A stretch of DNA of 64,000 bases from the human T2T-CHM13v2.0 reference genome, Homo sapiens. The stretch lies in the NCBI RefSeq assembly GCF_009914755.1, contig NC_060944.1. One strand, written 5' to 3'. A program made the translations under genes and the position numbers. The notes beneath the pieces were generated by a model. That model was given only the letters and a program-made list of their open reading frames with translations. It was not told the DNA's origin and made no database searches. Shown here in pieces: positions 42,690-55,560 of the stretch. The stretch's first letter is position 1. Each line of letters begins with the position of its first letter.

Positions 42690-45600
42690 CAAAGAAAAAT
42701 TCCACTGCCTGCAATCACCACTTCCACTGTGGGCTGCTGCAGCATGAGCAAAAGCATGAGCAAACCTCATGTCACCAGCTGCCTGCCTATGGCTGCTCCT
42801 AAAGAAAGCAAATCTGCCCTCCCAGTAGCAGGGCCACAGCACAGCCACTGCCCCACTCACCTGAGCATTCTACGGCAACTGGGGGATTTCCCCAACCATG
42901 CCTATCACAGATAGTGCCTGCATGTACCACTGGGGAGCCTGAAAGCAGGTCTACCTGGCTTGACTCTACTTCCCACTCCCAGACCAGAGCACACTGTACA
43001 TGGGCCTGGGGCTCACCCAGCCCAGTCTACCATGGGTGGCACCTGAGCAATTCTCCTGGGGTCTGAGATCAAGCCCATGCAACCAGCCACTACCACCGCA
43101 GCTGACCACCTAATTGCTTCACCTGTTGGTCTTGGAACCAGTTCATCCAACCCATCACAGCCACTGTCTATATCAGCACAGACTGCTTGGGTCCCAGAAG
43201 GTTATCCCACCACTGCCACTGCCACTGGCTATGTCACACCAGCTGCCCAAGGGATCAAGAACCTGCCCAACTGCCCAACCAACTGCTGATATTCCCAGCA
43301 CACAAACAAGCCACCTGGAGGCTGAATAATTGGTGTGTCTGGACTCAGTAACACCAGTGTCAGCATATGCCACTCTGGTGCCCAAGGACAGTTCATTGAT
43401 GACACCATTGGTGCTTGAGGACTGGCCTATGTGGCATCCCAGTTCCCCACAAAACTTCACCACAACCTCCACTAACAACTGCACCCTAAGCTGCCAAGAA
43501 ATTATAGACACTGCTGATGCTGTGTCCAGCTGAAGAAGCCACACACAAACTACACTACTGCACATGTCCAGAATCAAAGCCAAGATGCCGTACACAACCA
43601 ACGTTATAGCTACATCTCCAGGAAAATGTTTTCCTTTACAAAAGCAACTGGAAAAAATTGGAAGAAGTGACCATTACACCAGGTGCAAAGATATCAGTGT
43701 AAGGATAGAGGATACATGAAAAAGCAAGGAAATATGACACCTCCAAATAAACACAATAATTGTCCAGCAATAGAACCTAATCAAAAGAAATTTATAAAAT
43801 CCTCAAAAAAAGAATTAAAAAATATTGATAGTAAAGAAGCTCAATGTGAACTTCTTTTTGGATTAATTCAATTCAATTTTTAGAATTCAATTCAATTCCA
43901 TTTTTAGAATTCAATTCAATTCCATTTTTAGAATTCAGCAGAATTCTAAAACATAAGCCAAACAAATTACAGAAACAATTCAGGGTACAAATAAGAAATT
44001 TACCAAAGAGATAGATATCATTAAAAATAAAAAATTAAAACGTTGGGACTGGAGAGCTTAGTGAATGAAATACAAAAACATTTAGAAGCTTCAACAGCTG
44101 TCTTGATCAAACAGAAGAAAGAATTTCAGAACTTGAAGATAGCTCCTTTGAAATAGCCCTGCCAGAGAAAAAATAAAGACAAAATAATAAAAAGGATATG
44201 GGGGTACCATAAGGTAACCAAATATTATTATAATTTTCAGTCTCCTAAAAGACAAAGGGAAAACAAAAGGGTGAAAATACCAATTTAACAAAATAATAGA
44301 TGAAAACTTCTGAAGTCTAATAAGAGAACATATCAAATCCAAAATTAGTAGAAGGAAAAAAATAACAAAGATCAGAGCAGGACTACACAAAATAGAGATT
44401 TGAAAGAGTACAAAGCTTCAATAAAACAAAAGGGTAGCTTTTCAAAAAAGATGAACAAAATCAATAAACCACTTGCTAGGCTAATAAAAAGAGAGAGAGA
44501 AGATCCAAGTAAACAAAATGAGAAATTAAAAAGGAAACATTATAACTGATACTACAGAAATACAAAAGATTATCAGAGATTATTATGAACAAGCATACAT
44601 TAACAAACTAGAACTCCTGGAAGAAATGAACATATTCCTGTACACATCCAACATACCAAGATTGAATCAGGAAAATGGAATAGCTAAACAGAACAATAAT
44701 GAGTAATAAGATTAAATCAGTAATAAAGCATCTTCCAACAAAAAAATAATTCAGGACCAGGTGGCTTCATGGCTGAATTCTACTGTACTTTAAAAGAACA
44801 CCTAACTCTAATTCTCCTGAAACTATTCCAAAAATTGAAGAGGAGGGAATTCTTCCTAATTCATTCCGTGAGGGCAGTATTGCCCTGATATTAAAGCCAG
44901 ACAATGATGCAACAAAAAAGAAAATGGATGAACATAGATACAAAAATTCTCAACAAAATACTAGCAAACTGAATCCAAGGGCACATAAAAAAATACACCA
45001 CGCTCAAGTGGAATTTATCCCATGGACACAAAGATGATTAAACGTATGCAAATCAATAAATGTGATACATCTTATCAACATAATAAATACAAAAACCATG
45101 TGATCATCTCAATAGATGTGGAAAATTCAACATCCCTACATTATGAAAACTCTCAAGAAACTAGGCCCAGAATGAACACACCTCATCATAGTAAAGGCCA
45201 CATGTGACAGACACACAGCTAACATCATACTAAAAAGAGGAAAAGCTTAAAGCCTTCCCCTTAAGAATTGGAGTAAGACAAGGATGCCTGCTTTCACCTC
45301 TCCTATTCAGCATAGTACTGGAAGTCTTAGCCACAGAAATCTGGCAAAAGAAAGTCATTCAGATTAAAAAAGAATAAATTAAATTATCCCTCTTTGATGA
45401 TGACATAATCTTACAGCTAGAAAAACATAAAGACTCCACCAAAAAACTCTTGGCTCCGATAAATAAATTCAGTATAGTTGCAGGATACAACATACAAAAA
45501 TCCATACATTTCTATATACCAATAATAAACTAGCTAAGAAAGGAATCAAGAAGGCAACTTCATTTACAGTAGCAACAAAGAAAACAAAATACCTAGGAAT

Positions 45601-47485
45601 AAATTAACCAAGGTGGTGAAAATCTCTAAAAGTAAAACTATAACACATGGATAAAAGTAACCAAAAAGCACATCAACAAATCAAAAGTCACCGCATGCTC
45701 ATGGATCAGAAGTATTCATATCATTAATGTTTCTATACTGGAACCATAATGCCCAAAGCAGTCTGTAGATTGGATACAATCACTACTAAATACCAATGCT
45801 ATTTTTTACAAAAATAGAAAAAAATTATAAAATTTGTATAGGATCAAAAAGCCCAAATAGCCTGAGCAATCCTGAGCAAAATCAGAAAGCTGGAGGCATT
45901 ACACTACCTGTTTTCAAAATGTATTACAAGGCTATAGGAATCCAAACAGCATGATATTGTTATAAAAACAGACACAAGGATCAAAGTAGAGAATCCGGAA
46001 ATAAATTAACATATTTAAAATCAACTGATTTTTGACAAAAGTGCCAAGAACATATGTGATGGGACAGACACCCTCTTCAATAAATGGAGCTGTAAAAATT
46101 GGATATCTATAAGTAGAAGAATGAAACTGGATCCCCATCTTTTATGACACATGAAAATCAACTCAAGATGAATTAAAGACTTTAACACAAGACCCCAAAC
46201 TATAAAACTACAGGAAGAAAACATAGGATAAAACACTCAGGACATTCGTCTAGGCAAATATTTTATGTCTAAGACCTTAAAAGCACATACAACAAAAATA
46301 AAGATAGACAAAAGGGACTATATTAAACTAATAAGATTCTTCACAGCAAAGGAAACAGTCAATAGAGTGGAGACAACCTGTTGAATGGAGAAAATATTTA
46401 CAACTTATTCATCTGACAAAAGACTAATATTGAGAATATACTAGAAATTTGAAAAACTCAACAGTAAAAAAAAACAACAACAAATAATTCCATTAAAAAG
46501 TGGGCAAAGGACATGAGTAGATACTTCTCAGAAGAAGACACACAAATGGCCAATAAGTACATGAAAAACTACTTAACATTACTAATCAACTGGGCAATAC
46601 AAATCAAAAGCACAATGAGATATCATCTCACCCCAATTAAAATGGCTATTACTAAAAAGACAAAACATAAAAGCTTCTAGTGATTTTGTGGAGAAAAGGG
46701 AATTCTTATACACTGTTAGAGGGAATGTAAATTATTGCTGCCACTATGGAAAACTACGGAGATTTTGCAAAGAACTAAAAATAGAACTACCATATGATCC
46801 AGCAATCCTACTACTGGGTATTTATCCAAAAGACAGGGAATAATTATGCCAAAGGAATACCTGCACTGCTGTGTTTATTGTAACATTATTCACAATAGTC
46901 AAGATATGAAATCAACCTAAGTGTCCATCAATGAACAATGGGTAAAGAAAACATAGTATAGATACACAATGAAATACTATTCAGTTATTTAAAAAAAAGA
47001 ACGAAATCAAGTCATTTGCAGCAACAGGAATGGAACTAGAGGTCATTATGTTAAGTGAAATAAGCTGGACATGAAAAGACAGATACCATACATTCCACTC
47101 ATCTGTGGGAGCTAAAAATGTTGATCTCATGGAGGTAGAGAGTAGAATGATGGACACCAGATGCTGGAAAGGGGGTGTGAGTGGGAGGTGGTGATGAAGA
47201 GGGGTTGGTCAATAGGTGAAAACATGCAATTATCTAGAAGGAATAAGTTCCAATGTTCAATAGCAAAGCAGGGTGACTATGGTTATCGACAATGTGTTAT
47301 ATACTTCAAAGTAGCCAGAAGACAGAACTTGAAATGTTCTCAACACATAGAAATGATAAATACTCAATGTGATGAGCACCCCTAATAGACTGATTTGATC
47401 ATTACACATTCTATGCATGCAACAAAATATCGCATGTACCGCATGTGATAACTGTGTAAAATATTATGTATCAATAAAAAAGAAA
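42690..47485 (+). mobile_element. L1MA4-like element with 5'UTR, partial ORF1, a ~1.5-kb internal deletion, ORF2 RT/C-terminal remnant and 3'UTR
   Basis: ORF1 start MKKQGNMTPP at 43716. RT remnant CTCTTTGATGATGACATAATC ~45390. L1MA-type 3'UTR (GATTTGATCATTACACATTCTATGCATG) ending AATAAAAAAGAAA. Confidence 0.9.
43865..43937. repeat. 24-bp tandem repeat (TTTTTAGAATTCAATTCAATTCCA) x2.5 inserted in L1 ORF1
   Basis: Exact units at 43877-43900 and 43901-43924; partial unit at 43925-43937. Confidence 0.9.
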
Positions 47486-47882
47486 TGCATAGAAGTACAT
47501 AATTTGAGAAATAGCTGTACTGTATTATCAATGGTTGTTTGCATAATTTGCATGATCTCTTCTTTTCTCCTAAGGCTGATGCTTAGCACAGGTGAAACCA
47601 CGGACGGAAACAGCATTTTCTTTGTGAGAATGATTTAACTCTCAGTGGGAAAATTCATACTGTAAATTTGCTATGAATTACTTTCTTCACATTGGTGAAT
47701 TGTTTGCTTGTTTTTCCTTTGGATAAAAGGATTTTTATGAAAGTGAGATAAAATGACAATTGCCAGAAAAGTATTGGATGACTTTCCATTTTCATTATGA
47801 AATAAGATAATCTGACCCACAGTACTCCCCACTCCCATTCTTTGTCATGACCAGGCGAGATAGGTTTGACTGCAAATGCTCC

Positions 47883-48212
47883 TTTTTTATTTATTTTTAA
47901 TTTTTTATTTTTTTGAGACAAAGTCTCGCTCTTGTCCCCTAGGCTGGAGTGCAATGGCACAATCTCAGCTTGGTGCAATCTCGGCTCACAGCAACCTCTG
48001 CCTCCCGGGTTCAAGCGATTCTCCTGCCTCAGCCTTCTGAGTAGCTGGGATTACAGGCATGTGCCACCATGCCCGACTAACTTTGTACTTTTAGTAGAGA
48101 TGGGGTTTCTCCATGTTGGTCAGGCTGGTCTCGAACTCCCAACCTCAGGTGATCCGCCCACCTCGGCCTCCCAAAGTGCTGGGATTACAGGCATGAGCCA
48201 CCGTACCCAGCC
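47883..48212 (-). mobile_element. AluSp with a ~15-bp internal tandem duplication
   Basis: TTTCTCCATGTTGGTCAGG and CTCCCAACCTC diagnostics; duplicated GG(C/T)(A/G)CAATCTC(A/G)GCT; TSD A(T/C)GCTCCTTT. Confidence 0.93.
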
Positions 48213-49669
48213 ACGCTCCTTTATTATTAGCAAAAAATAGTCCTCATACCATGGTCACATGAGAGGGAAGTATTTCTTTCAGAATTATAAAATTCCTTCA
48301 AAGTATTTTCTGTTAATTAATTTTAAGATGCACACTTGGCAATCTTGGATAGTCCACTTCCCCTCTAGGGACCTGTATGCTCAGCTGGAAAACAATCTGA
48401 GTGGATGAGATGATTTTAAAGATGTCCTCAATCAATGCAACTCTTTGCTTAACATCCAAGTGTTTGTACAGTACAGACACTATGTGGTATGCAATGTAAT
48501 CTAGAAGAATACTTCTTTGTGAGAGTAATGGGCCATAAAATCATTGCTTTGTGCTAAATAAATGATGCCTTGAGTATCACCTCAATACAAATATAGATGA
48601 ATTTCATTGAATGTGCTGCAGCTTTCCGCTATCTCTGAGGGTGCAAGGAACGTGTTTTTTATTTTTATATATTCCATAGCTTCTAAAAATGCTTGGTACA
48701 TAAGTGCTCACATACCCACTGAATCAAACCCTCGCATTATGTGGCACATACTAGGTGCTTTATGGAACTCGAGATGTTTCAAATGAATAGAAATAGGGGA
48801 TAGATGGATGGATGAATAGAAATGACCTCCACCCCAGCTTCAAAGAGAAATAAAGCTTAGAGACACTGTATTCCTTGATGCAGTAGAATCCTCTTTTTTG
48901 CCTCTTTTGAAGTTTGCATTTCTTGATGTGTTTTGCATATTGACAGTGATGTGCCTTGGTTTGTTCCCTACTGCTACAGGCATCAGTGCACCAGGCTCAC
49001 TGCAGCTGCAATCCCTAGTCAAACATTTATGTTTCCTCTCTGAAGTCCCTCTTTCTGATGCTTTAATTGCTTTTTCCCTAGGCTGGTGCAACTATGAGTC
49101 ACCAGATTGCGCAGGTGAGCTCACATCTTCTTCACACATTCTGGCTGGCTTTTCTTTCCAAAACTATAGTTGCAGCAGTGTGAGTAAGAAAGCCTGGATG
49201 GGGTGTTTCCTCACTCATGATAGTGTTGTTTCATCCTAGGAAGCTAGAAACATGAGAGCAGCATTCCAGGGTCAGACCAACTCAGCAAAGCTGTGATTCT
49301 AGCTTTCCCATGCCATTTGTGAGGGGGAGGCAACAACATTAATTAATAATAAGTAACAAAACAACAAGGGAGAAAAGTAACAAGCCAACCTCCGAGATCC
49401 TTCTGTGTTGCAAGACGAGCAAAGATAAAAGACTTCTAATACCACAAACTGACATAAATTTGACAAATAAGATTAAAGCTAACCTAAAGCAGCTGAGCCT
49501 TATGGGTTTACAGGGAATTAAAAGGGCATTAGTATTTATTTGTCCTTTTTCCCAGGATGGTGGATGTCCCCACATTGAAGTAGCACATTGTCTGCCACCA
49601 AACTGATGAGATGGAAATGAATCACCAGGTTTTTCTGCTAAATAGAAATGTGTCATTTCATACTCACCA

Positions 49670-50117
49670 TGCTATGCTTTAGGTATGATTTGGTTGTTCT
49701 CACCAAAACTCATGTTGAAGTTTGATTTCTCATTGTGGCAGTGTTGAAAGGTGGAAGCTGATGGGAGGTGTTTGGGTCATGAGGGCTCTGTCCTCATTGA
49801 TGGATTGGTGCCATTCTCACAGTAGTGACTTCTCCCTCTGGCAAGACTAGGTAAGTTCCTACAGGAATAGATTAGTTTCTGAAAGAGTGTGTCGTTATAA
49901 AGGCAGCACGCTCCTCAGCTTTTCTCTCTTAGCACGCGTCCATTTCCCTTTTGACCTTCTCTGCCATATTAGAGGCAACATGGAAACCCTCACCAGAAGT
50001 CAGGGCTTTGCCCTTGAACTTTCCACCCTGCAGAACCATGAGCTAAATAAACCCATTTTCTTTATAAATCACTCAGTTCTGGTATTCTGTTATAGCAACC
50101 CAATATGGACTAAGACA
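49670..50117 (+). mobile_element. MaLR solo LTR, MSTB-like
   Basis: TGCTATG start; CAAAACTCATGTTGAA; GAACCATGAGCTAAATAAACC; GGACTAAGACA end. Confidence 0.9.
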
Positions 50118-50165
50118 TATTGCTATGGAAGCAGCAGACATAAATGTGTGATGAGAATTACCCTA

Positions 50166-50485
<320 letters not shown>

Positions 50486-52068
50486 CTAAAAGGGAGAAAT
50501 GCAATAACCAAATAAAGGCCACTTAAGTGCTTAAGTGGGACATCACCTCATGGTTTCAGTGTAACCAAGTTTACACATTTACTACACCAGAACAAAAATT
50601 TTCTGTTCTATTCTTGCTTGTGCAAATCATGCAACTTTCTTAATTTCTTTAAATATACATTTTGGAGTTTATTTATTGGAAATGAAGTTGCTTATTCACA
50701 AAATCTTTCCAAATATGTCAGAGTATCAACATTAAATGGATAAAAATGTGTGCTTCTTTGCAGCCAGCTATTATAGCTCTCAAATGTAATGACACTGAAC
50801 TGTGGTCACCACTACATTTTCAAATGTGTATTTAAACATAGCTATGAGGCTAAGTGGTCTCTTGGCTAAAAAATTAGTAGGCATTATTTCTAAAACATGT
50901 AATATTTATAATCAATCTACATGTTTGGCTTATATCAAGATGCTGACAGGGCAGAAATATTGTTGCATTTATGATGATTTTAAATTTGTGACTGATGTTT
51001 CTAAAGTACTGGCCTCATAGCTGGTCTAGGAGAAGAACTATTGCCCAAATCTCTCTCTTGTACCTGCAGAGGTAGCTGATTTTTAAACACCAACATGTTT
51101 TTCCACACCCTGTGTCCTCAGTCTCAGTGGGCTGGCCTGACTGATTTGGCCATTCTGCTAATTCAGTTAAATGTCACAGATTCACTTCCCCCATTGACTC
51201 ATCAGTAGTGCACAGAGTGAAAGTCCTTGCCATAAGTACCTTCCACATCCCTGTCCCTGCCTGAAGAAGTGTGTCCTTGCTCACAACAATCAGAAAAGCC
51301 TGAGTGTATGGATTGTTGTAAACTCAACACTGCTCCTGAAAGACCAGCCCAATTTGCTATTTTTGCTGCTGGGTGTCAGGGACATTTGCTGCAGTCTTAA
51401 CAAACAGCTTCTACAGAATGCATTTATCCTTTCCTGGATGGGTTGTTAAAGGCATTTGTTTATTATCTATCTGTGTGAATATGAAGATCAGATATAGGAA
51501 CCCAAGCATGGCTATGTCACTTGCCAGCCTGTATCCATCACCCTGCTGTGGCCATTCTTTGGAATTTCTCCCCCTTGGAATAAGCAGGGATTGCTTTACT
51601 ATGAATCTTACAACACAGACTCCATTCATGTTACCCATAAGGGCTTTCTCTGATGTTCACTGCCAGGCATAAGGAATTAGAAGGAGTGTCAGAATGCTTA
51701 AACAATAAATAATGAAAATAAAAAAAATCCCAATTGTTTTCTAGCAATGAAAGGAATCATGTAAAACCACACTAGTTACCTTAATCCCAGTTAGAAAACA
51801 CTAGAGGAATTCGTTATGAAACCCAAAGACATGATGACCTTCACAATTCTCCAGGCAAGTTCTTCATGTACCATGACAAGTGGGACTGAGAGTTTTGGGA
51901 AATGCAGAAGAAATGTGTCATTTTGAAGAATTCTATGTGGAAGATTGGGATTCTAGTGGCTTAAAATGATGTGGAGTGAAATTGTTTTCAATGAAAATAT
52001 TTATCAAAGTTATATCATGAGTATATCTAACCCTATGTTTACTGTATTTGTGCTATCATATGAATATA

Positions 52069-52948
52069 TTTTGATTTAGTATTTGATCAGTCTTTACTGA
52101 TTGTTGAGAATCTACTAACTCAGTGCTTCTCAAAGTGGTAAAGGGCTAGTTTTTCAAAATTTCTTATCTCTCCTGGATTGGTGCATAGTCTTACCACATA
52201 TGACTCATCTCCGGCTTGCACCACTTGCTAATCACCACGTAAGTGTGGCAGCATCTAAACAAATCTGTCTTCATTTCAAGGAAGAGAACGCTGATAATGC
52301 ACATGGATGTTGCAACAATGTCAAATTGCTATGAAAATTTCTAAATGAATTTTCTGCTCAATTGCCTACCTTGTTGCAAATTAATAACAGGCAGTTAACA
52401 TAACTGGTAGTGTTCTGCAGACCACATTCTGAGTAATACTACACAATTTACTGCCTGCATCCCTAGAGGGGATGGGGGAAGAAATAGGCTAAATCCTAAA
52501 ATGCCATGATGCCATATTCAAATAGTGTTTTATGAAGAATTGTTCATTTGGCATTCAGCACTGGGCAGTGATTGAACTTGAGGGAGGCAAGGAGTTTTAG
52601 AACCTGTAATATACCAGGTAAGAATTTATAAAAAGCTAACAGAACAGGTTTTCATAAAAGTGGGACTGAGAGTTTTAGGGACATGCAGAAAAAATGGGGA
52701 TATTGTTAATTATCCCTTATCCTTATTTATTACACTTGTCATTAGTTATTATAATTAATTATTAGTGATCCTTAATTAATCTTAAATATTTTATGATTAT
52801 TTAAACATGAATTTTATGAATATTTAAATAATTTTGTAAATATCATAAAATATTTTATGATATTTATCAATTCAGTTATTTCAGATAAAAGCACTGAATT
52901 AGTAGATTCTGAACAATCAGTTAAGACTGATCAAATACTAAATCAAAA
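52069..52948. repeat. 60-bp inverted repeat pair (52069-52128 / 52889-52948), 57/60 identical
   Basis: Manual alignment of 52069-52128 against the reverse complement of 52889-52948. Confidence 0.95.
52121..52440 (-). mobile_element. hAT-Charlie element, Charlie4a-like
   Basis: TIR-like ends CAGTGCTTCTCAAAGTG and GACCACATTCTGAGTAATACT; internal ATGTCAAATTGCTATGAAAATTTCTAAA. Confidence 0.75.
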
Positions 52949-53039
52949 GGGGAGCGGTGAACAGGGGTTCTTCTGTGCACTGTGTTTTCAGGGTGTTTTG
53001 TAATTAGCCAGCTGAATGAATGCCAAGACTGATGTAAAT

Positions 53040-53369
53040 TAGGGCTTATAAACCCAGTGGTTTCTAAGGAATCACAGACAGTTATGTGGCAATAGGGTAT
53101 GGTGGAGACTGTGGTGAATTAGAGAACAAATGCCCATTAAAAGGAGATAACACTTATTCTATTCCAGGTAAGCCTTCTGATTTTCCAAAAAACAAACAAA
53201 ATAAAATAAGACAAACAAACAAAACCAAACAGAAATTCTAGCTTTTTATACAAAAGCTCTGAATTGCTCAATTGTTATCATTTAATTTAAATCATTTAAA
53301 AATTCTGTGCCAGCCCCAAAGACAGAGAAACAAAGAGAACATGATTAGGCCACTTGTGTGTAATCCCTG
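53040..53369 (+). mobile_element. MER102-like hAT MITE
   Basis: GGAGACTGTGGTGAATTAGAGAAC...CTTCTGATTTTCC...CAGAAATTCTAGCTTTTTAT. Confidence 0.65.
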
Positions 53370-54445
53370 AAAACTCTCTTGAGGTTTCTAGAGATGAAAC
53401 AGATTCTAGCAAGTTTCATGGAATGTTGGAATGTCAACTTCTTTAAAGGTAATGCAAAACATAATTTTATATTAACATGAATAGGGAAATGCATAATGAA
53501 GTAAATAGTGAAATTTGCAGGTATTCTTAAGAGCCATTAGATTCAAATCAATGTCAATGTTTTAGCTGAGTAGGCAGCTTCAGTCTGGGCACCAAAAATC
53601 TTGGAAAATTATTCTCCTTTCCTCTCAGGGGTTTCTTAGAGGAACATTCTGTGAAGCACTATGTTAGTTTTTATGAAAATATCTCCAAAGTGCCAAGCCC
53701 ATCCAGTGAAATGCAGTTTTTTTAAGTTAAAAACACCTAAATGGCCTTAAATAGGTGGATTATTTAAGATATTTCATGTTAGAACTAAAGTGAGAGTACA
53801 TAATTTCAAAGAATCCCCAGGGGAAATAAATAGTTGTTGAATCACTTCAGTTATTTCAGATATAAAATAGTTAGGCATATATATTCACATTTGTTACATT
53901 GTTCTGAGAGACAATGGTACCTGGCTTACCAAGGGAACTTAATTCCACCACAAATTGGTACATGAACTCTTAGCCCAGATGTGCTTACATTTCTCTCTTG
54001 AACTTAATTAAAGGCAGGCATCACCCATGCCTCTGTGACTGCCAGTCAGCTAATTTAAAGATGACAAAGCTGTGACAGACAAGCACTGGACTAAACGGCT
54101 GTGGATCCTGTAAATACACATGCTGCATATCCTTCCTAATGCACCACTTGTGGGCATGCCACCAGTCCGTCCTGGCCCCCTGAGCTCAGTACAAAGACTT
54201 TGTTGCGTCTGAAATAGAAATGAAAGTAAATATTGGAGGGGCCAAGAGCCATCCGGGGAATGTGAACTAAGTGTCCCTGAGTGGTGACCACCCCTGGTAG
54301 GCAGCTGGTGGATAACGTCAGCCAGGAGTAAAAGAATGTGGTGGAGTTTGGCTTCTTCAGCCAGAGAAGGCCTACACCAGCGTTAACCCAAAAGGCTGCA
54401 GATGGAGCAAAGGATGTCCACAAAGATCAGGGTGGGCTCATAATT

Positions 54446-54800
54446 TGTCTTAGTTTGGAATCCCCCAGAAGCAAACCCTGTGACAAGAATTTGAGTGCAA
54501 ATAGTTTATTTGGGTTGTGAAGAAAGTTCCATCAGGGGGGTCGGGAAGTGAGCCAGGAAGAAAAGAGAGTCCATCGGAGGTGCCTAGGGAAGCTGCTTAC
54601 AACAGTGAGCAGCTGGAGATCAACCCAACTGGGGAGCTCCGTGGGCCTCAGGGTTAACCCTTCTGTGGGGTTTTCTCAATTGATGCCTGCAAAGCCTTCC
54701 TTCATTCAGGCAAGGAATGAATGCAGGTCCTGGCAGAGGCTGGAAGTCAGGCTAGGAACCTTGGAAGGAAGGGCAAGGGAACAAGTGTAGCCACCAATGG
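54446..54800 (-). mobile_element. ERVL LTR16-like
   Basis: TGTCTTAGTTTGGAATCCCCCAGAAGCAAACCCTGTGACAAGAATTTGAGTGCAAATAGTTTATTTGGG is an antisense LTR16 3' end. Confidence 0.7.
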
Positions 54801-55324
54801 CATCAGTCACATGACCTTCCTAAAGCTATCAGTGCCCCTAAGGCATATGCAAATCTAAGAAACAATGGTCAGTGTGTGCACTTTTGGGAACTGAAGTATC
54901 TTCTCTCTGTATTTTTTAGTTGCCAACTTTTGGATATGCTAATTGAAATTAAACTTTCTTCCACCTCCCCCTCCATTTAAAAAAAATTTGGTGCCTCTTA
55001 TTTTTGGGTGCCCTAGGTACATTCTTAGCCTGCCTCTTGTATAGTTAGGTGATCACTGTTTGAAAAGTAAAGTGGAAGTAGGCATAAAGATGACACTGCA
55101 GGTCTCAATTGGAGATTCAAAGTCAGTCATTTCCCCAGTTAGGCTCTAACACAATGTAACATGATGAGGGGAGGGATTTGCTAATCACAACCAGAGTCAC
55201 CACTGAGTGAAGGCATGTTCTATGCCAGGCTCCCAAATTAACTACCCTCATTAATTTCCCAATCTTGCTTTTGGGGAGCCACACCCCACCTCCCTTGATC
55301 ACACTAGACTGTAGCAAAGACAGA

Positions 55325-55560
55325 TGATAACAATAATGGTTAATATTTACTGAGAGCACACCAATGCCAGGCACTGCTCTAAGCCTTTTGTGTGTTTTAA
55401 CTCATTTTATTCCCTACAGTGACCTTCTGAGGAAGTACCTATTATGATCTTTATTTTTCAGAAAAGGAAGCCTGGGCTTAGAGGGAAGGTGCTTACTCAT
55501 GTTACACAAAGCTAACACATGTTGGAGTCTAGATTTGAACTCATGTCTTCTGTCTTTAGA
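55325..55560 (-). mobile_element. MIR SINE
   Basis: TATTTACTGAGAGCAC...TGCCAGGCACTGCTCTAAG...GATTTGAACTCATGTCT. Confidence 0.75.

Noticed and set aside
43865-43937. Short direct repeats as a CRISPR-like array
   Set aside because: Head-to-tail units with no unique spacers, in primate DNA with no cas genes.
52069-52948. 60-bp inverted repeats as TIRs of a new DNA transposon
   Set aside because: No TSD is evident (flanks TATA vs GGGG), there is no transposase remnant, and one arm overlaps the end of a separate Charlie element. It is better explained as a templated copy.
54285-54310. CTCF-like motif (reverse complement CTACCAGGGGTGGTC)
   Set aside because: Several core mismatches; not supportable by eye.
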